Source of the DNA: Lama guanicoe
Taxonomy: Eukaryota
DNA length: 64,000 nt
Assembly: GCA_013239625.1 (NCBI GenBank)
Contig: MU053513.1
Location: forward strand, 3,026,927-3,090,926
Reading direction: 5' to 3'
The translations under genes and the position numbers were made by a program. The notes beneath the pieces are model-generated. The model ran no database searches. It saw only the letters and a list, made by a program, of their open reading frames with translations, and was not told the DNA's origin. Positions 39,021 through 52,683 of this stretch are shown piece by piece; the first letter of the stretch is position 1; each line of letters begins with the position of its first letter.

Positions 39021-40118
39021 TCTTCTAAGTCTAGACTCCTCAAGAGAAGAGGCCATGCCTTTCCTTTGTGGACCCTGCACAGAGTAGGAGAATCTGCTAC
39101 TTTCATTACTAGAGATTTTTTTCTTTATTTAATTTAACCTACACTCAGAAGCACAAAGGCATGTTTTTAGCTTTTTAATAAAACTTCTAAACTTAATGTT
39201 TATTCTGGCTTTTTATATGAATGTCCTAAGCTTAGTGTTTGTTGAGAATTACTTGTAGAAGTAAAATTACCTTCTGGGGAAATTGAAAAATGACCTTTAC
39301 AGGCAAAAAGATAGGAGATGAAAGGATCAATAAACCAAAGTCCCCAGTTTCTCAATTCACCTGACTAATGTTACAATCAGAAAGAATTTAATTCATAAGG
39401 TCAGGCTCTTCGGAGAAGTAAAGACCAGGAGGTGAAAACAAGGACACATGGGAGTCTATGAAAGTAGATTCCAGTCTCACTGTTAAGTGATTTTTCCTGA
39501 TCAAAGAGCAAAAGCAGCGAAAAGATTTGAAAAATGGTCCATAGTGCTGAGAAGTATATAGCCGCAAACATTCCAGTTACAGCAGTCTATTTTAACCACC
39601 TGGCCTCAGAAACAAAGCATCCTCTTACCGAAACACAGGCCCCAGCAACAAGGAGCCAACATAAAGATGAAAAGCAGCCATGACTTCCTGTTGGCAGAGA
39701 CAACGGAAGGGACCTCTGAGGCTGAGTCAAGATGACAAAATATTAAAGTGTGTCTCAATTTAACTTTTCCTTCAGCATTCCCACAAATGTTCTATGAGAG
39801 CAGGACTCTTCAAAAATTCTTTTTCCAGCTCAAGTACAGTGCAGGGCTCTTGATAAATCATGAAATGTAAACAGCCAAGTGGAAGGAACTTCTAGCTGGA
39901 AGCCAGCAGAACCTGGTACCAATCTCAGTTTGTGACTTTGGGCAAAATTTGTCACGTATCTGTCCCCAAGAGTCTCCATCTCTCACATGAGGATGATGGC
40001 CTTTGAAGAAAATTAGTTCATTTGTAAAGATGCTCTGACTTTTTAGAAATAAGAAAGTATCAATACAGTCAATACAGTCCCATGTTGCAGACTAGCATTA
40101 TACTAGCTTCTTTAAGTA

Positions 40119-40535
40119 CACACAGTCCCCAGCTTAGGATGGCTGGACTTCATGATTCGTCAGCTTTACAACGGTGTGAAAGTGATACACATTCGGTAGA
40201 AACTGTATTTCACATTATGTATTTTGATCTTTTCCCAGGCTAGTGACATGTGGCATGATATTCTCTAGTGACTCTAGGCAATAGCAGCAGATTTCAGTCA
40301 GCCACGCGATCTTGGGGTTAAACTACAGATACATAACACTTTGTTATAAAACAGGCTTTGTGTGACATGATTTTGCCCAACTGTAGGCTAATCTAAGTGT
40401 ACAGAGTGTGTGTAAGGCAGGCTAGGCTAGGCTAATGTTCAGTAGGCTAGGTGTATTAAATGCATTTTCGACATGATATTTTCAACTTACAGTGGGCTTA
40501 TGGGGACCACACCCATCCTAATTGAGGAAGATCTG
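40119..40535 (-). mobile_element. MER47/Tigger5-family TcMar-Tigger element
   Basis: gattttgcccaactgtaggctaat...ggtgtattaaatgcattttcgac...attttcaacttac matches the reverse MER47 consensus; TA at the left end. Confidence 0.85.
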
Positions 40536-41179
40536 CATGATGTTTAGCACTGGAATTTAATATATTTAGACCTAGAGTAACTCTTCCATTAGAGAGATCT
40601 AGAAGGTGTTCTGAGCTGTCAAAGAGAGCTGGCCAAAGCAAGCTATTACTCATCTCTTTAATCTCATTTACTGTTCCCCCTCCCTCATCAGTGGATTTTT
40701 CCAAGGAAGGTTGGGACTTTCCTTAAGCCCATGACCAGGTCTGCCCCTTTACTCAGAAAATGACCTTATCTCCATTGTCAGTAAAAGCAAATCACTATTT
40801 TTTTTTTTTACTATTTTCAACTTTCCAAGTTCCCTCCTTAATTTTTCCTCAACATAACAGACTAATTTATATGCACTTCCACCCTCACCTCCCTCTCTCC
40901 CATCTCAAAAGAACAAGTGTCACTCACCCCATTCAACCTAGTCTCCCGCCCGTACCTGCACCTCTGTTCCTCCAACTCCCCAAGAACCTCAACCTCTTCT
41001 CTCCTTTCTCTTCAACCACTTATTCTCAGACATCTCTTTTTCTACAAGTACATACATAGTCAAGGCTTACCCAAATTTTAAAAGAATGCCCTGAGCCCAT
41101 GCTCCACCTCTAGCTAGGAATTCCTCCACATCCACTCAACTTTCTTTATGGCCAAGCTTCTGGAAAGAGCGGTCCACAC

Positions 41180-41350
41180 CAGTGGTTCTCAGACTTTAAT
41201 GTGCAAACAGATCAATGGAGCAGCAGAGTAAAATGCAGATTCTGATTCAGTAAGGCTAGGGAAGCACCAGGATACACAGAGATTCTGAATTTCTAACAAG
41301 TTCCCAGGTGCTGATGTGGCTGCTCTGCAGGTCACACTTAGAGAAGTAAG
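41180..41350. mobile_element. MER5A/B
   Basis: cagtggttctcagacttt...gcagattctgattcagta...tttctaacaagttcccaggtg. Confidence 0.85.
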
Positions 41351-43706
41351 TTTCTATACTCTAGTTTCACTGTGGCTATTTCTGCTACTAGAAATAACAT
41401 CCATTTTTAAATGAGATTCTGGGGATGCAAACCTGCCTGATTCCATTCACGTATGTCCTCTGAGATAGAGTACCTTTCTCTTGGGGGCCTCAAATAAATA
41501 TAGCACACCCTTATTTACTCTTTTTATATGTATATCCATAAGAACAATAGCAAATAGCGTAGCAGCCCCAGGGTTTGTACTGAATGGCTAACAAGCTTTA
41601 TAGCGAGAAGACAGGACCTCTGTGTATAAACAAATATGCTGAATAGCAAGTAAAGTTTTTCAGCCAATGATGGAACTGTTATTTTACAAATCTGATCAAA
41701 AAGGGTGGGTTAAATTCCTGAAGCCCTTGTGGACCGGAGGCAAGAACCACTTCTGCAGATCTAGCCGAAATTTTTAAGAAATTACCTCAGCAAGTAATTT
41801 TATTTGTATTTATGTGTAAGGAGGTTTAGGTTGTTTTGTTTGCTTTGCTTGCTTTCCTTCATTTTTCAATATAATGCAAAGCTAAATCCTTCCAACAGCC
41901 GGGCATATGTCCCAAAGCTTACAAAGAAGGAAAGAGTAGCCATGTCAAAGCAGCAAAGAGTGACTAGTCTGCAAGCCTCTGGTCCTGTGTACTTTTCTAA
42001 CAATTTGTGCTGCTTTGCAAAAATCTTTTCTTCCTATCTCTGATCCTGACTCTCATCCTACTCTACTCTCCAGCCTGGGACACACAAAATACAGCCTTTA
42101 AGCCCCACCACTATCATGGAACACTCCCGGACACATGAGCATAAATTATATACTGGAGAAAGGTTATGAGTAACTACAATACTTTTGCTGCATTAATTAC
42201 CAATGAGACACAATGAGTTGTCCTAAAACAAGGATTGTTAAGCTCTACCCCAAAGTCAAAAGGTTCTCATAAGGAAAAGAGCATCAGTCAGATCAACTTT
42301 CCTTTATCTGTCTGAGAGTGGAACTCTCAGAATTCACATTTTGCTGTGATCCAAAGACTAGAAACGCAAGCCTTCAGCCAGGCTCAGGGTGAGGTTCTTA
42401 CGATGCCAGCCCCTACTTGACAGGCCTCAAGGGTCCCTTCGAGCCTCCAAGATGATGCTCCAGCTCCTCAGCCTGGACCAGAAGACCCTTCACCAGCTGT
42501 GGCTGGCCTTGCCCTCCACCTGTCTCTGCCCCTTCACTCTCCACTTTCACTACTTATACTTCCCACAAGAGCCTTTCTCTCCCCACTTCCACATGGGGCA
42601 GGGGGGGAACTCTAAATGCAAATTAGGGTAGTACTTCCATTTAAAATTAAGGACTTTTAAACCCTAGATTATTTTTTGTTGTTGGATTTATTCTTTGCAG
42701 GCTTCTGATCTCTGATTAGTCATTCTTTCACTGTTCATCAAAAGATGTATTTGTCTCAGATTTTAAAATTTTAAATTCACTAATCCCAATGACTAAAATG
42801 AACCTGAGTCCATCCATATTTCCCTCCACTGTCTGCTGACCTGTAGGCTTCAGCCCAGAACAAAAAGGAGACACCAAGAAGTCCAGTCTGACTGCATACA
42901 GAAATGGATATAGAAGAGGCAGAAAGGTCCTATGTGCCCATTGCTTGTCTCTTAGTTTCTAAAAGTTGTAGACTTAGCACATGGGTGGTAGTGACAGGCA
43001 GAGGCAAAAAATACAAGTCACTTTACTGTAAGAAAATAATTTAAGAACTTGTCTGCATGAAGATGGGCACACAAAGTGTATTCTCTCAGTAGAAGAACAA
43101 ATTCTCCTATCAGATCATACAGCCTGGCAAGGCCAGGATCCCTTTGAGCAGAAGGGGTAGGGGTTACACTCTCTTGGCCCCATCCAACTGTTCTGGAGAG
43201 ACTGGCTCTGGATCTGCTGCCTCCCAGAAGCTAGTACCTGGTAAGAAACCCAGGTAGTCCCAAGTCCTTAAAAGACTAGGTAAATGGAGGATCAATTTCC
43301 CGTATACAACAATCTCTTAGCAGCCTTCACAAGTCTAATTTTACATAGACTATTCCTTCCAACTCTTAAAAGCACCATAATAATCACTTTTGTCCTAACC
43401 TACAAAATACATACAGATTATTTCTGAATCTACTGCTATCCACTCATGGGCTGTTAATCACTGCTCATTTCTTTGAAGACAAGTCAGGTCCCAAGTTCCA
43501 AATTCCCCAAGAGTTAAGTCTCAGAGTAATTTGAAGGAAAAAAAAAAAAACCTAAGGTATAGGTGTGTATATGAAAAGCTCAGAGATGTCATCCCATAGG
43601 ATGGACCCAGTGACCAGAAGTTAGCTGCCGTAGACATATAGACACGCCAGGAAGGGGTCACTGTAAACAGAGGGCTATTCACTGCTGTTTTCTACCAGGG
43701 GAGGGG

Positions 43707-43730
43707 TGTGTGTGTGTGTGTGTGTGTGTG
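43707..43730. repeat. (TG)12 microsatellite
   Basis: Directly visible. Confidence 0.95.
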
Positions 43731-45819
43731 GAGCAGGGAAACTGAAGAGTCAGGAGAGAAATTTTCAATCAACATAGCTCAAATGCCTAAGCAGTGGGTC
43801 TACATGCTGATGTCCTGTGACACTATGTGACTACCCCCTGCCTTCCAGCAGAATTACAAAGCACATACTTTGTTGCCTTTTGTAGTAACTAATTCAGTAG
43901 TTTATATAATGTCCAAGGATATTCTTTGTCAGAGTAGTATAATTTACAGAAAAGTGATGCTTAGATCCAGCAGTTAATTTATCTGAAGGTTGCAAATTTA
44001 TTGAATCTATCCAGTCAGTTAACTAGAATGTATATACATACTGAGAGTAAAATATACATATATATATCATAATCTAACCTTTATTCCCGGGCCTCACAAT
44101 GGAATATCAAGTAAGCAATTATAGAACTGCAGGATATAAAACAACCAGGGTATTTTGGCTAAAGAAGCTGTGACTCTGAAGTATGATACATTCATCTATT
44201 GTGTGTCATAATGAAGGCAGTAATTTGTCTCAGTGCCATTTAGGATGCATGGCTATTCTGCAGAAAAGCATCCAAAACATTCAGAAGAAGATCAGAAGGA
44301 AAACTGTAATTTCTTAAGAACTGGTGCCGGAACTAAACTTTAACAATAGCAGGAGGTTAAAAGGGCACATTTTGAGTTTAAAAAAACACTCAGGCTTGAG
44401 GAAGTGGGAGGGAAGGGATGGATATGCAGTTTCCTTGGAAACTAAATGTGATATTATTGCAGCAATAAGCCTCAGGAATCATTGTTTAGAGGGTGAAAAT
44501 ACTGCTCATCTGCTTAAAACTGGACAAGGGTAATTTAGAACTTAAATAATTGTGATCTCTATGAGAATCCTCAGGGAACTCTAAAGACTGCCGTAGAGTG
44601 GAGGTACCATGTACAAGCTCACAAATCTACAGAGGAACACAAGAAAGGGCCCCCCGTGAGGTTGTGGAAAGCAGGCGACAGTGGTAATGAGTTACAGGTA
44701 CAATTTCTAGGGCACTGATATAAATAGACACCACTGGGCGACTCCTCTCCAGCTCTCCTCAACCCCTTCCCATGGCCCTGAGAACACACCACAGCCCCAG
44801 ACAGGCAGGTCTACAGGGAGCCGGAGCTCCACTCCTCATCCCAGCTTGACCACTCCTTTCTCCACTGAGCCGGGACACCCCACTAACCTCAATGGGCCTC
44901 ATCTGGAGAAACAGAGTAAACATGACTTTCCTCTCAGGATTACTCTGCAAATTCAGTGAAGGAGGAAATGCCCAGAACACTGCCTGTCACAGAGCAGTGC
45001 GCTCATGTTAATGATCTTCATCTTCGCAGTGGTCAGTGGGTTTATTCTGACCTGTCTGCTTCTTTCATCCGTGGAAGATGCCACGTGAACAAGGAAGTAG
45101 CCAGCGTACGCGAATCCATGGCAGGAGGTCTCTACAGAGAAGCTCATCTGGTATGGCACCTGGTCAACTCAGAGTTGGGGTAGGAGGGTCGTCTCTGCCA
45201 GTAAGAGGGAATGTTTCTGATGACACAGTGATGAGGAGTGGCTAAGGGTCACGTGCGGGTGAGGAGCTGAGTTGAATATAGATTGTCTGAGAGTGTTTTC
45301 CTATAAGGACAGAGACTATGCGTAGTCTGTCCACCTTTATGTCCCTAATGTCAAAGCCACACCTGGAACATAGCGTGTGCCCCATGAAGCACTTGTGGAG
45401 TGAATGCTAAGAGCAGCCGAGTCTGCCAGGAGCTTGTGGGCAAAGCTCTCCTGGGAGCCAGGAGAGCACAAACGGAAGCAAACACAGACACATTCATACA
45501 TGTATTTTAGCACATACTACATTCCCAGCACCATTTTAAGTGCTTCAGAACAAGACAAAGGAAAGGCCTCCTCTCCTGGAGCTTACATTCTGGTGACACT
45601 TGGTTATGTATGTTACAGTAAAATGGTTGATGTGTCCGTATCCTCCATCCATCTGTGGCCTTCTCCACGCAAGACCCATGTCTGGGGCATCTCTGATCCT
45701 GCAGTCCTGCCTACAGTCCCTGCGGGCCCACAGGAAGGACACAGCAGGTATTTTTTGAACTGAGCTCAAAGTCAGGCGTCAAGTGAAGCACGAGCACAGA
45801 ACATCCTTGGCTTGGGGGA

Positions 45820-46030
45820 GGAAGCACTGCAGTCCTGGATCTGAGTCTCAGCTCTGCCACTGACTAGCCTGATAACCACGTGCAGGTCATTTTATCCCTC
45901 TGATCCTGCTTCTCCATCTGTAAAGTGGAGATAATGGTCATCCGTAGCTCCTGAGGTTGCATGAGGGTTAAAAGACATGCTGCTTTAAAGCAATTAGTAC
46001 TTGGCAGTCAGGAAATGGTCACCGCTGCTC
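45820..46030 (+). mobile_element. MIR
   Basis: cagctctgccactgactagc...catctgtaaagtggagataat. Confidence 0.75.
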
Positions 46031-47739
46031 TCCGATCGTGATCAGGATCATTATCGCTGTTATTCCTCATCAGGGACAGGAGCACGGCTGTGCTCAGCTG
46101 GAGAGTGTGAGAAGCAAATGGGAGCAAATCCTCACCTGCAAAATTTCTAACTCAAAATAAGGCAGTTTGATACATAAGAACTTTCCCCCACTGATAACCG
46201 TGTCTAAAGGAGACCCCACCCAGACCAACACAATCCATTTTGTGTGACAAAGCACCTTCTGATCAGCCCAGGGACCTCCCTGGAGTAGGCCCTGGTTTCC
46301 AGCCCAATTCCAACGGCATCAGTTCCCACTGATGGTTCTCATTGGTCGGTTTGCTCCTCATTGGTCGGTTTGAGAAAGTGACCTTTCTCAAAGGGTCAAT
46401 GCCCAGCTTTATATTTCTAGTTTTAGTTCTGAGCAAACCCGGAAAAGCTAGAACCGTCTGAATTTGATGACTTGGATAAACTAACGAAGCAGAAACTGTT
46501 CTCTCAGAGAAATTTCCTAGAGATGCTTTTTGCTCACATAAGGGTTCATCATATAACACAGTTAATGATTGTAAATGAGCTAAAGAAAGACAATTATGAC
46601 ATATTATAAGAATAGTTATTAAAATGGGTTACCTGGACAGGCTCAGAGTGGAGAGGGAGAGAAGTGGCAGAAGAAACCAGACAGACTAAACACACAAACC
46701 CATAGTTATAATTTTATATGCATATACTGGACCATGAGTTGATGTACATGGAGTACATCACACTGAATCAAGGTTTCAGTAACATAAATAACATATTCAA
46801 TAACATATACATGTGCATACACTCATTACCAGTCTCTACCCTTCTAAAATATATATATGATACATATTTAATAAAATATATTAAGTATATATGTACATAT
46901 AATTATTACTTATCTCTACCTAACCCCCTAAAAAAGCCATTTCTGAAATTTAGTGTAGAAATCAACAGCCAGAAAAACAAAAAGGACAGAAAGGCTTGAA
47001 TCTTGTGCTGACTTTTTATTAAGTAAATAATAATGTAATAATATATCAATGAATAAACTTGAGAAATAAGCTTAAAATAAATCACACGCAATGTTCTCCA
47101 GACAAGTCTAAAAGAGGAGAGCTAAACCAGCGTACAGGAAAGCCCCCTAAATCCTCATTACATTACCACAAGATTGACAGTAACTACTACTTCATTGCGA
47201 TTCTTTTCTATTCCTCTCCATAATCATTTATTGAACAGAGCCCCAGATAGACAGCATTAGAACCGCATGACACATGGCAGCATCTGCAAGGTCTGTAACA
47301 GTCCTCACTTCTAGCCTTGTACACCAATACCATAAATACAGACTCCATTTCTCAAACGACAGTTCTGCTCATAGGAAAATAAGTGGCAAGTCAAAATTCA
47401 AATGACTGAAGTTGTTTTAGGTAATTCATAGGTTGTAAAAACTAATGAGAAGAAAAAAATTATGAGGGTATTACAACTCTTCCCATTAAAATGAAAATCT
47501 ACGTTATAATTTTATGCTCTTCAAATACCATCAAGCAATATATAAAGTGTTCTGTTCCTTAAAAGTTACTTTGTTTATACGGAGTGATAACCTTACTTAT
47601 TAATTTTCAGAAATACTTGCCTAGCTATCTTTTTAAACCAGAATCATCTCCAATTCTACATGACCATCAAAGTTTATTTTTAATCAGCAATTCATTTGAG
47701 TAGCTAAAATGAAAATCATTGTTGAAAAGGCCAGAGAAC

Positions 47740-47742
<3 letters not shown>

Positions 47743-47772
<30 letters not shown>
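47743..47772. repeat. (AC)15 microsatellite
   Basis: Directly visible. Confidence 0.95.
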
Positions 47773-47776
<4 letters not shown>

Positions 47777-47976
47777 CACTAAAACAGGATAAACTGAAAG
47801 CAATAGATAATCACATCTCTAAAAAGAAAAGAAATTCCTATGAAGTCATCATCATGAACAGTTTTATGAATAGCAGTAAAGGATTTAGCACATTTACGAG
47901 AAATGATCATACACAAGACTCAATCAGCCAGACATCAGTTTCATGCTACAGAAAAGACTACGTCTAGACTCATTTG

Positions 47977-48044
47977 CAAAAATGGCATTGTTGTTACTCT
48001 TTTATTCCCTCAAAAATGGCATTGTTGTTACTCTTTTATTTCCT
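47977..48044. repeat. 34-bp tandem duplication
   Basis: caaaaatggcattgttgttactcttttatt(c/t)cct twice, one mismatch. Confidence 0.95.
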
Positions 48045-48429
48045 CTCAAGTGCAGCTGCTCAGTACACAGAGGGCATTTGGCACTGAGGTGCTGAGTGGA
48101 CAAATGATTGCCAATAATCAAATGGCATGATTTATCTTTTGAAAAACCTTGCAGCAATTCTAAGGAACGTTGATGTAAGTACTAAGCACTGCTCACAATG
48201 GTAAAAGTGCTTCCTCCATCTCAATCTTCAAACCCAGGGTACAGAGAAAAACAAACAGGCAGAGTGAGTTTGACACTGCACTCTTACATTTCTATCAGTA
48301 GGATTTGCTGATAATGCAGGGTGACACTTGGCTGCATCATAAGAGACATTCAGGAACCCTTGCAGGTATGAGAAAGTATCTGATTCGAATCTCTGGGTGT
48401 TCGTGTCCTGTCATAACATTAAAATAATC

Positions 48430-48465
48430 ATGCAAATCTGCCTCCAGCTGGTCTCTGATTTGCAT
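48430..48465. promoter_or_regulatory. Candidate enhancer core: inverted octamers flanking a CAGCTG E-box
   Basis: ATGCAAATC-N5-CCAGCTGG-N5-GATTTGCAT. The motifs are seen directly; function is inferred. Confidence 0.4.
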
Positions 48466-49242
48466 TCATTTTTCTCCATTTGAAATGATTTATACATTCT
48501 TGTACTAAATTCTAAATTCTAATCTTAATATTCAGTCTTAGAAGAAGAGACATTTACAGTATTTGAACTAAATTTACAATATTAATAGCTAGTGATTATT
48601 AACATTTTAAGTGTGTGGATGACACCAAACCGGGTTAATAAGCAAACTATCCGCAGGCACGTTTTTCACAGAATTGAGCACCAACCATATTTCCTTGGCT
48701 AATGTAAAAAATAGTTGGTTACCATGGATATTACCTCCTTAACAATGAATGATAAAAGCATTTAAAATATTGCATATTGATTAAATATAAGAAGACAAGG
48801 AATGAACCCAATATAATTGAAAACCATTCACAAACCCTATGTAATTAGAAAAACTGAACAGTCTCCATTCTGTGGTTATATTTAATTTTAATGACTTGCT
48901 TAAGAACAGTAGGAAAATTTACACTGCGGAAGTCCCTACTTATGCAAAGATCATTCAAGCAAAAACCCAGAAGCCATCAGCAGGTAACCCACACTCTTTT
49001 GGGAGAAGTAGAATAGAAGCAACCAAAACTTTCCTATGGGATTAGAACCACTTCCTGGATCCTACTTTCACTAAAATCCAACCCATGCCTGAATAAATTC
49101 AGTCTTTTAAATCAAAGCTCAACCAATACTAGCAACAACAACAATGATAACAGCTAGTATATTTTTAGTGCAAACTTGACCTGACACTCTGTTAGGAAAC
49201 TTAAGCATTAGTTCTATTCTGCAAAAGAACCCCGTGTGATAG

Positions 49243-49471
49243 AAGTTGACCCTTGAACAACACAGGTTTGAACAGTATGAAACCACTTGTATGTGGGTTT
49301 TTTTCAATAGTAAATACTATAGTACCACTCCATCCATAGTTGGTTGAATCCACAGATGTAGAACCCTGCATACTGAGAAACCATGGATACAGAGGGCCAA
49401 CTATAAATTACATGTGGATTTCAACTATACAGGTCAGCACCCCAACCTCCAAGTTGTTCAAGGATCAACTG
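49243..49471. mobile_element. Tigger2-family MITE inserted in a MIR (~49130-49570)
   Basis: TIRs agttgacccttgaacaa / ttgttcaaggatcaactg followed by TA. Confidence 0.85.
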
Positions 49472-49604
49472 TATTTTCCTCTTTTAAATGAGGAAACTTG
49501 GACTCTGAGAAGTAACATGCTGAATGTCACATAGCTAATAAGTGATAAAGCTGAATTGAAAATACAGATCAAAAAGAAAAGAAAAGAAAATACAGATCAA
49601 CTAA

Positions 49605-50440
49605 TAATACATTTATCCAGCTAATATTTTCTGAACACCTACTATGTACTGGGTACGTTGTTAGACCTGGGGATCCTTAGTGAACAAAACAAAGGCCCTG
49701 CCCTCACAGAGCTTACATTAAATATGTATCACCACTTGACAAATAACAAACAAAATAAAAAACAGAATGTCAGGTGATGAAATGTGCTATGAAGAAAAAC
49801 AAAGCAGGAATGTGAAATGAATTGAAGGGTTCCATTTTCATATAAACTGGTCCAGAATTGACTCTCTAATAAGGCAAAAATTAGTCACACTTGGAGGAAA
49901 GTGAGGGAATCATACAAATATTTCATTAAAAAATGCTTCAGGCAGAGGACACATGGGCAGTGACCCAGAGGCAGGAGTGTGCTTGACCAAATGAGAAACA
50001 GCAAGGAGGAAATTATGGTCAGAGCAGAGTGATTGAGGGATAAATAAGTCAGAGATGAAATGAGAGAAACTGAGGTGGAGGAAATCACATCATGGAGGGC
50101 CTTGCAGGACACTATAGATTCTTTGACTTTGAAAGAGAAGACTTCTGAGCAAAGAGAGGGCCTGAGTCATATTTGAAAGGATCACTATGATTACTGTGTT
50201 AGAAAAAGACTCTAAGAGCAAGGGTAGAAGCTGTGCGACCAGCTGGGAGACGGTGGCAATACTCCAGGCAGCAGGTGATGGTGGGTGGCTTGGACATATG
50301 TTAACAACAGAGGTGGTGAGAATAAATGGCTTCTGGATATATTTGAAAGAATTCACTATTTAGGTGCAGAGTGTGAAAGACAGAAAGGAGTTAGGATGAC
50401 TCCAAGGATTTTGCCCGTAGCAAATGGCCCTTAGCAGTGG
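49605..50440 (-). mobile_element. L2 (long fragment; probably continues to ~50875)
   Basis: tattttctgaacacctactatgt...gccctgccctcacagagcttaca...aggatgactccaagg. Confidence 0.85.
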
Positions 50441-52497
50441 GCCATTTACTGAGAAGAAGCCTACAGAGAATCTATCAGCCTTTAGTGTTGTGCTCGCTGG
50501 AAATCATCATGCTGTTTCACAAATTACAGTACCTATCAAAATTAGTTTGGAATTCAATTCAGACCCACCCTGAGTGTCCAGTCTTGCCCACCAGGCTGGT
50601 GCGCCCCACCATGGAAAGTGGAAGTTCAGGCACTATGGGGAAGCAGACAGGTGTCACGCTGAAGGCTCACTTGTAAGTCCACTGAGCCAAGGCAGGGATG
50701 GACAGCAGGAGGAGGAGGGACAGCCTAGGGGGCAGCACAGGTGTATGAAGAGTTGACGCACAGGGATGGAACAGCCAAGAGAGGCTGAAGGTGGCAGCCG
50801 CAGACGGAGAAGAGGGGAGTGACGGCACACGAGGCTAACGGATGCGCATGAAAACTGCTGGCTCAACTTGGTCTTCCCTCGTGTGGCCCTTGGAAACTAG
50901 GAGAGGTCTCCTGCCTCCAATTCAGCCAAACACATCCCTCCTCCTCAGATATCTGAACAAAGGGCTCCAAAGCTCATTCTCCCTCTTTCTCTCTGTCAAT
51001 TTCCCTCTGTCCTACTACCCTCTCTCATTTTAATTAACACTATTGACCTTGACCAGTAGTTTTCAAACCATGCTATGCACCAGGGAATCTTTTGGAAATA
51101 CAGACTCCTAGGTTTACGTCCAATACACTGAACTGGAATCTACAAGGAGGGAAGGCATTCAGTCAGGCTTAGAAATCCCTTCTCCCCACCCCCGCCCTGG
51201 TTTCTCAATACATGTCAAGGACAGTTATGACTTGGAATTTGAACTGGGTCTTGCTTCTTTTCTCTCATACCATTAGTGTCCCTGAGATGGTCCAACATCT
51301 CTTGAGTTTTTCCAGTTTTTTTGGTGGGGGAATCAAAGGCAGAATACTTTCCTGAGAAATTACTCATGCCTTTGGGTCTAGTGAAGTCCTATTACATCCA
51401 TCTCTAAAGTCCAGTATAAGACCTTTCTTGTTAAAATGACTTTCTCTAGGGGAGAGGTTAGATATTCTTCTGTTTCTCTACACATTTTATTCTCCTGGGT
51501 AGTTGCTTTGGATACTGTAATTAATGTTTAATCTTCCTGTGTTTGTGCCTTGAGGCACAGCCCGTGAAGGGCACGGAGTTCAAAATCATGGCCTCAGAAT
51601 ACTCCACAGGTTTAACATTAAATAACCACGACAATTCAAACCAAACACCAAACCCCACTCAAACTGCCAGAAACACAGGGTCACTGTGCTGGCCTTCCCT
51701 ACCAAATCTCTGATTTTGTTTTTATTCTCCTACTGTTACATTGGTAGATGATTTCTGCTCCCTCCTTCCCAGGGAGGGGCGGTATCCTGTGAAAAAATTG
51801 CTCCGTCACTCAAGAGTGATGACATCGATGGAGCAACGCTGGGGTTGAAATGATTACTGAAGGCCCATTAGGAGGTGCCAAGAGAGACTCTATACTAACC
51901 GTCACTCCCTCTGTATGCAGCAATCTGAAAGGAGAGAAGACTTTCAGCTGCTACAGTATCTTAGGGAATCATCTGACAGCTTATTTATTAAATGCATTTT
52001 AATATTAATTCTCCTCTGCATAGCTGACCTTCAAAAAAATTTACTGAGTCTCAAGAACACAAAGCACAATGGCCAAGGGAAAGCATGCATGGAAAGAAAG
52101 CTGCATTTAAACTCTTTTTCTCCTGTGTGGTTACAGACAAAATTAGTTATGATTAAATACTATGCTAGGTAGCTGATCTTTTAACATAGAGCTTAAAACA
52201 CAGATAAATTAGAACCCAATTAACTGGGATCCAAATTATTTTTCTCTCTGCACATTTAGGAGAAGAATGCAAATCACAGGGAACGTACAACAATATAAAG
52301 AAATTTTAAGCTTCGTCTCAAACATGTCCTGGATCTAAAACTCCTTCTTCCTCTCCAGTCCTATAAAATGAGAACTGCATGCAGAACGGTGACCCTCAAA
52401 CAGCAAATACACACACAACTGTATTTAATCTCCTATATTTACTCAGTCAAAATGTAGACAGAACAGCTCTCCAAAAGGAAGTTTCCATTTAACTCTT

Positions 52498-52683
52498 TTA
52501 AAATTGTGCTTAAAAAAATACGTAACATAAAATTTACCACCTTCATCATTGTTAAGTGTACGGTTCAGTGATACTAAAATCCTTCACATTGTTGTGCAAA
52601 CGTCACCACCATCCATCTCCAGAACTCTTTTCATCTGGCAAAGCTGAACCTCTGTACCATTAAGTAATAACTCTCCGTCCCCC
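52498..52683 (-). mobile_element. L1MB-like 3' end, short insertion
   Basis: aacataaaatttacca...aagtgtacggttcagtg...catccatctccagaactcttttcatc; 14-bp TSD tccatttaactctt/tccatttaattctt. Confidence 0.88.

Noticed and set aside
50560..50880. GC/purine-rich segment with several ORFs and a CTCF-like TAGGGGGCAG
   Set aside because: Better explained as a diverged continuation of the adjacent antisense L2.
51798..51836. Imperfect hairpin ttgctccgtcactc...gatggagcaa
   Set aside because: Too short and bulged for a pre-miRNA; no ncRNA family recognised.
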